DNA of 63,085 bases, counting the filler, from Aduncisulcus paluster (lineage: Eukaryota): the NCBI GenBank assembly GCA_024181965.1. It is 36 parts of 36 records of this genome, joined end to end, with 100 filler letters (N's around TTAATTAATTAA, not from the genome) between each part and the next. Parts side by side here need not be neighbours in the genome. Positions count along the whole stretch, not along the records: positions 58,570 to 60,296 come from BQXS01002926.1; positions 60,397 to 61,444 come from BQXS01002934.1; positions 61,545 to 63,085 come from BQXS01002947.1; 33 more parts are not named here. One strand, 5' to 3'. Below the pieces are notes generated by a model. It saw only the letters and a program-made list of their open reading frames with translations, was not told where the DNA came from and did no database searches. A program made the translations under genes and the position numbers. This document shows, piece after piece, positions 58,470-63,085 of this stretch (within the stretch, counting starts at the first letter, position 1; each line of letters opens with the position of its first letter).

Positions 58470-58569
58470 NNNNNNNNNNNNNNNNNNNNNNNNNNNNNNN
58501 NNNNNNNNNNNNNTTAATTAATTAANNNNNNNNNNNNNNNNNNNNNNNNNNNNNNNNNNNNNNNNNNNN

Positions 58570-60264
58570 AATAGTAGCTATGATGAAGATTTTGAAACTT
58601 GGATGGGTAATAAAAATGAAGATCAAAAACAGTATACCCTTATATATCAAGATGTTGTCGATGAGTTTAATAAACTAAAGAAAAAATATGGTTATGTAAA
58701 TTTTGATGATTTGTTAACCAATATGATTGAGCTACAACAAACAAAAGCCTATGATTTTGTTGAGATTTTGGTTGATGAATATCAAGATACAAATCCTTTA
58801 CAAGGAAAAATACTTGATGGTTTTAAACCTAAGAGTTTATTTTGTGTAGGTGATTATGATCAAAGTATTTATGCTTTTAATGGTAGTGATATTAATATTA
58901 TCTCATCTTTTGATACACGCTATCATAAAGCAGAAATATTTACACTTGATAAAAACTATCGTTCAACTGCTCCTATACTCAATCTTGCAAATAAAGTGAT
59001 ACAAAACAACCCTCGAATCTATGAAAAGTCTTTAAAAGTGGTACGACCTGAAAAAAATCATTCTCCACAACTTTTAAAATTTGATGAGTTGTATATGCAA
59101 TATGAGTTTATTTCTAAAAAGATTTTACAAACAAAAACACCAAAAGAAGAGATAGCCATCATATATAGAAATAATTCAAGTGCTGATGGAATTGAAGCAA
59201 ACTTGCGAGATGCTGGAATAGAGTGTAAAAGAAAAGGTGGTCATAGTTTTTTTGACGCAAGAGAGATTAAAGTGATCCTTGACTTAATTGTTTTAATGGT
59301 AAATAGTAATGATATGATGGCATTTATCCATCTAATCGAATATGGAAAAAACATAGGAAAGGCTATTGCAAAAGATATTTTTGAAGCACTTTTACGAGTA
59401 GGGCATGGAAATATTTTTCATGGACTACTCAATCCTGATAACTCTATTATTAAACCTTATCAAAGTAGAAAAGTTAGTAATGTTCAATTAGGACTTTTTG
59501 ATGATTTTANNNNNNNNNNNNNNNNNNNNNNNNNNNNNNNNNNNNNNNNNNNNNNNNNNNNNNNNNNNNNNNNNNNNNNNNNNNNNNNNNNNNNNNNNNN
59601 NNNNNNNNNNNNNNNNNNNNNNNNNNNNNNNNNNNNNNNNNNNNNNNNNNNNNNNNNNNNNNNNNNNNNNCATCCAAAGTTAACTTTAGAGGGTGGTATA
59701 TTTTTGTATGATTTTTATACTTTAATCAAAGAATTAAAAAGAATACAAAATCCAAAAAATATGATTGTTCATATTCAAAAGCATAAGTTTTTTGAGACAA
59801 TTATAGAAACATTGTGTACACATCGAGCAAAACAAAAAGATGGAACTATCAATGAAAGTATTAAAAGTTCAGCAAAACTTAAATCGCATAGAAGAGTTGA
59901 AACTCTAAAGCAATTATCAAATAGACATACAAATTTAAATAATTTTATCAATGCTATGATTTTAGGTGGTGGAGAGATGAGTGAAGGTGGAGGGGTAAAC
60001 TTACTTTCTGTTCATGCGAGTAAAGGGTTGGAGTTTAAAGAGGTTTATGTAGTTGATCTTATGGATGGAAGATTTCCAAACCGAACACTTATGAGTAAAG
60101 GTGGAAGTTTAGAAGAGGAGCGACGACTATTTTATGTCGCAGTTACAAGAGCAAAAGATATTTTATATCTTAGTTATGCTTCTTATGACAGAGTCAAAAA
60201 ATTAGATTTTGTATTTAGCCCCTTTTTACAAGAGGCTGGACTTATCAAAGAAACTGCTGAGTAA
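58570..60264 (+). CDS. UvrD/Rep-family ATP-dependent helicase, 3' part
   Basis: LVDEYQDTN, VGDYDQSIY, NYRS, SVHASKGLEF, EERRLFYVAVTRAK. Confidence 0.93.
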   Translation, partial: NSSYDEDFETWMGNKNEDQKQYTLIYQDVVDEFNKLKKKYGYVNFDDLLTNMIELQQTKAYDFVEILVDEYQDTNPLQGKILDGFKPKSLFCVGDYDQSIYAFNGSDINIISSFDTRYHKAEIFTLDKNYRSTAPILNLANKVIQNNPRIYEKSLKVVRPEKNHSPQLLKFDELYMQYEFISKKILQTKTPKEEIAIIYRNNSSADGIEANLRDAGIECKRKGGHSFFDAREIKVILDLIVLMVNSNDMMAFIHLIEYGKNIGKAIAKDIFEALLRVGHGNIFHGLLNPDNSIIKPYQSRKVSNVQLGLFDDFXXXXXXXXXXXXXXXXXXXXXXXXXXXXXXXXXXXXXXXXXXXXXXXXXXXXXXHPKLTLEGGIFLYDFYTLIKELKRIQNPKNMIVHIQKHKFFETIIETLCTHRAKQKDGTINESIKSSAKLKSHRRVETLKQLSNRHTNLNNFINAMILGGGEMSEGGGVNLLSVHASKGLEFKEVYVVDLMDGRFPNRTLMSKGGSLEEERRLFYVAVTRAKDILYLSYASYDRVKKLDFVFSPFLQEAGLIKETAE

Positions 60265-60576
60265 TGATCTGTATACTATACTAAGTCTTTAATAGTNNNN
60301 NNNNNNNNNNNNNNNNNNNNNNNNNNNNNNNNNNNNNNNNTTAATTAATTAANNNNNNNNNNNNNNNNNNNNNNNNNNNNNNNNNNNNNNNNNNNNTTTC
60401 TTATTTTTCTTAAATTCGAAGATAATTTTCTCCTTTTAATTCGATAAAAACGCATTTATAATTTTTTCCTTGAAAACCTTATGAATTTTAATAAAATCCT
60501 TTATTTCAGCAAAATTTATCTGTATAATGCTTCTCCTTATTTAAATTGTTTGTTTTATCCACAATATTCCCTAAAT

Positions 60577-61444
60577 CTATTCACCCATCTTGATATTTGT
60601 CTGACCTTTATCTAATTTCCCCTTCAAAGCCTTGTTTCCTTCCAAATACTTCTCTAAAGCCTCACAGTCCTTCACTGTGGGATAATATTCCCAGGTATTC
60701 ATCTCCTGACCGTAGTCTTTCCATTTAACAAAGAACTTTATCGGCAGTTTGCCTCCAAATCTATGTTTTATGATTTTTTCAACCACATATTCAGTCTCAT
60801 CCTTCACATTGATCAGGATTTCTTCTTCAACTGAGACAACGGGGTCTGAAATGTATTTAACCATTCTCCTTACTGGGACATCCTCCGAGTCTCCCCCTTT
60901 TATGTGTTTTACCCTATATAAATGGTCTGTTATCCTTTCAACAACCAAATAAGGTCCTAATAGTTTGCCTTGTTCCTTTTTTCCTTCTCTTTTCCTTCTT
61001 AATAAGATCTTTTCATCCTTCTCGAATTTTTCAGGCTCTTTAGCAGTAAATTCCTTTTTATCATCATGAGAACTAATTTTTTCGTCTATTATCGTTTTTT
61101 CTATTTCCTTTTCCACGATTTCTTAACTAATGGGTTCTTATCCTCTCCCAAAACCTCAGCTTCTCTTAAGAACATTGCATAAAAGGGCTGAGCATCGAAT
61201 TGTGAGCTGTACCGTCTGTTAAGAGTCTCCATGGCATAATCACTGAATTCTCGTAATTTCTTTTCTTTAGACATGTTCCATATCCGTTGGAGCTTCTTAT
61301 CTCTCTGTTGAATCTCTCAACTCGCCCATTTTGTTCATGATTGTCTGCTATTGTGATCTTATGTGTGATTTTCCTTTCTTTTAACATTTCTTCGGTTCTG
61401 GCCGCAATAAATTGACCTCCCCCATCAGATCTGAGAATTGAAGG
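60577..61444 (-). mobile_element. Ty3/gypsy chromovirus-type retrotransposon remnant: integrase core, GPY motif and chromodomain; two frameshifts
   Basis: PSILRSDGGGQF...EQNGRVERFNR; LLGPYLVV; EYVVEKIIKHR...FFVKWKDY...NTWE. Confidence 0.88.
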
Positions 61445-61544
61445 NNNNNNNNNNNNNNNNNNNNNNNNNNNNNNNNNNNNNNNNNNNNTTAATTAATTAA
61501 NNNNNNNNNNNNNNNNNNNNNNNNNNNNNNNNNNNNNNNNNNNN

Positions 61545-62558
61545 AAGTAATCAGATTCAATGCAAGTAAACCCTGCAAAATCTAAATCAGTGTAATTTCT
61601 AGTTTCTACATTATTATCCTGTAATACTGTAATTGGTGGATTTTTTGTATTTAAAGTTGGATTAATATTAAAAATACTTCCCAATAAAGTAGCGATACTT
61701 TTCCCTCTTACATTCTTAATGCTTACAACTTTAGCAACAAATTTCATTACATCTCCAACCAAAGCACTACCTGGCTCAATAAATAATATTGGTTTTTGTG
61801 ATACATTTTTAAAATTCTCAGCTATGACGGTAGCAGCTTCATTTGCATAATCGACATATGTCGGAATTTCAGAATCAAATTGAGCCTTAAGTGAATCCTT
61901 CATCTTTCCAAATAAACCTCCACCAAGATCAATATGACTTGGAGATTCTTCACAAACACTATTTATAACATCTATCATCCCCTTCGCACGAGGCTTCCAT
62001 GTATTCAAACTTCTCGAAGCAAAATGACAGTGCATTCCTTTTATCTCAATATTTTCTTGACTATTTAAAAGATCTATCGTTTCACTAAACTCAGGTGAAG
62101 TAACATCCAAACCAAATCGAGATGTAACACCATCATTTATCTTAAAATTACATCTGATACCAACATTCAATGTAACAGTTGGATTATTCTTTGCAAGCTC
62201 AATTACAAACGGTACCTCTGCTACCGAGTCTAAGTTTACAATACCACCAGACAAAAGTAATTCTTGAACAGCCTCTTTCTTTTTATAAGGACCATTAAAA
62301 ATAATTCGACTAGGTGCGACATCCAATTTTCTAGCAATTTCATACTCCATATGTGAAACAACCTCAGCGTAGCCTCCCAGTTCATCAACCAATTTACATA
62401 GCCGTGGTATATAATTTGTCTTATAAGAATACGCAATATTTGTTGCTGGATAAATATCCCTAAAAGCATTTAGAAGTTCATGCCAATTTTTTTCAAATTG
62501 ATTTGTATCGAGTATATAAAATGCATCTCCATATTCTCTTGCAATATCTTTAATTCTG
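61545..62558 (-). CDS. Diaminopimelate decarboxylase-like PLP enzyme (fold III), partial
   Basis: AYSYKTN, IIFNGPYK, SRFG, HIDLGGG, IEPGSALV, FTCIESD. Confidence 0.85.
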
Positions 62559-62602
62559 NNNNNNNNNNNNNNNNNNNNNNNNNNNNNNNNNNNNNNNNNN
62601 NN

Positions 62603-63085
62603 CTGCAAAAAACTCCTCTGTTTGCATCTTTAAAAAATCCTCATATTCTCGAATTTCTTTAATTCCTATCTTAAAGATTTCATCAATTTCATCAATATCT
62701 TGAATAATTGAAGTATTACAAAAACTTCTAGAAACAATTGCCATTTGAGATTGAAGTCTGTAATGTTCTGCTATAATGTTTGCTCCAGAAATGAGGCCTG
62801 AATTTAGCTTAGCTATACCACCAAACCCATAAGTAATTCCCTTCACAGCCATTTTTTTAGTCATATCCTCGACTTTTCCATTAGACAACAACTGAAACAT
62901 GAAATCCAAACCATATTCCAAATGTAGGTCATTTAAGCCAATGTGAATTTCATCTACACCGTTAATTTCAAGAACCTTATCAAGAGAACTTTCCGCATCT
63001 ATAGTCTCTAATAATAACAACGTTTTTGCTCTACCATCCACATAATCAATGAACCTTTTTACGTCATCAACGGTCCTCCACATCG
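62603..63085 (-). CDS. HpcH/HpaI aldolase-citrate lyase family protein, internal part
   Basis: LLLETIDA, DEIHIGLNDLHL, YGFGGIA. Confidence 0.8.

Noticed and set aside
57867-58525. Phe/Leu/Ser-rich + strand ORFs resembling membrane proteins
   Set aside because: Reverse-complement read-outs of the E/K/R repeat.

Overview
This window is not one locus. It is a concatenation of about 36 short contigs (mostly 1-3 kb, one of about 7 kb) joined by artificial 100-nt linkers (44 N + TTAATTAATTAA + 44 N), so gene neighbourhoods are valid only within a contig. Several organisms are mixed. (1) A divergent, intron-containing microbial eukaryote whose 18S fragment points to Metamonada/Fornicata (Carpediemonas-like): EGF-rich and LRR surface proteins, an atypical kinase, a chromodomain retrotransposon, and an RPL37-RPS29-RPS7 cluster that the ORF track largely misses. 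(2) AT-rich Campylobacterota, Arcobacter-like (actP, flagellins, pabB/C, pgk, amiA, glnA, hslVU, ftsH, cheA, UvrD-type helicase). (3) High-GC Mycobacterium/Mycobacteroides-like DNA (choD, dnaE2, clpX). (4) Bradyrhizobium-like DNA (cheA, pnp, flagellar locus). (5) Contigs resembling Desulfovibrio, Bacteroidetes and Firmicutes. Taxonomic labels are inferences from protein recognition and base composition. The main leads are: an IS110/IS1111-type element whose 3' non-coding end folds like a bridge/seek RNA, with loop segments matching its own end and the terminator it sits beside; a fezA/fezB-like (ferrosome, P1B-6 ATPase) gene pair in an Arcobacter-like contig; an identical 112-nt structured leader before two tandem flagellins; and three consecutive spliced ribosomal-protein genes in the eukaryote.
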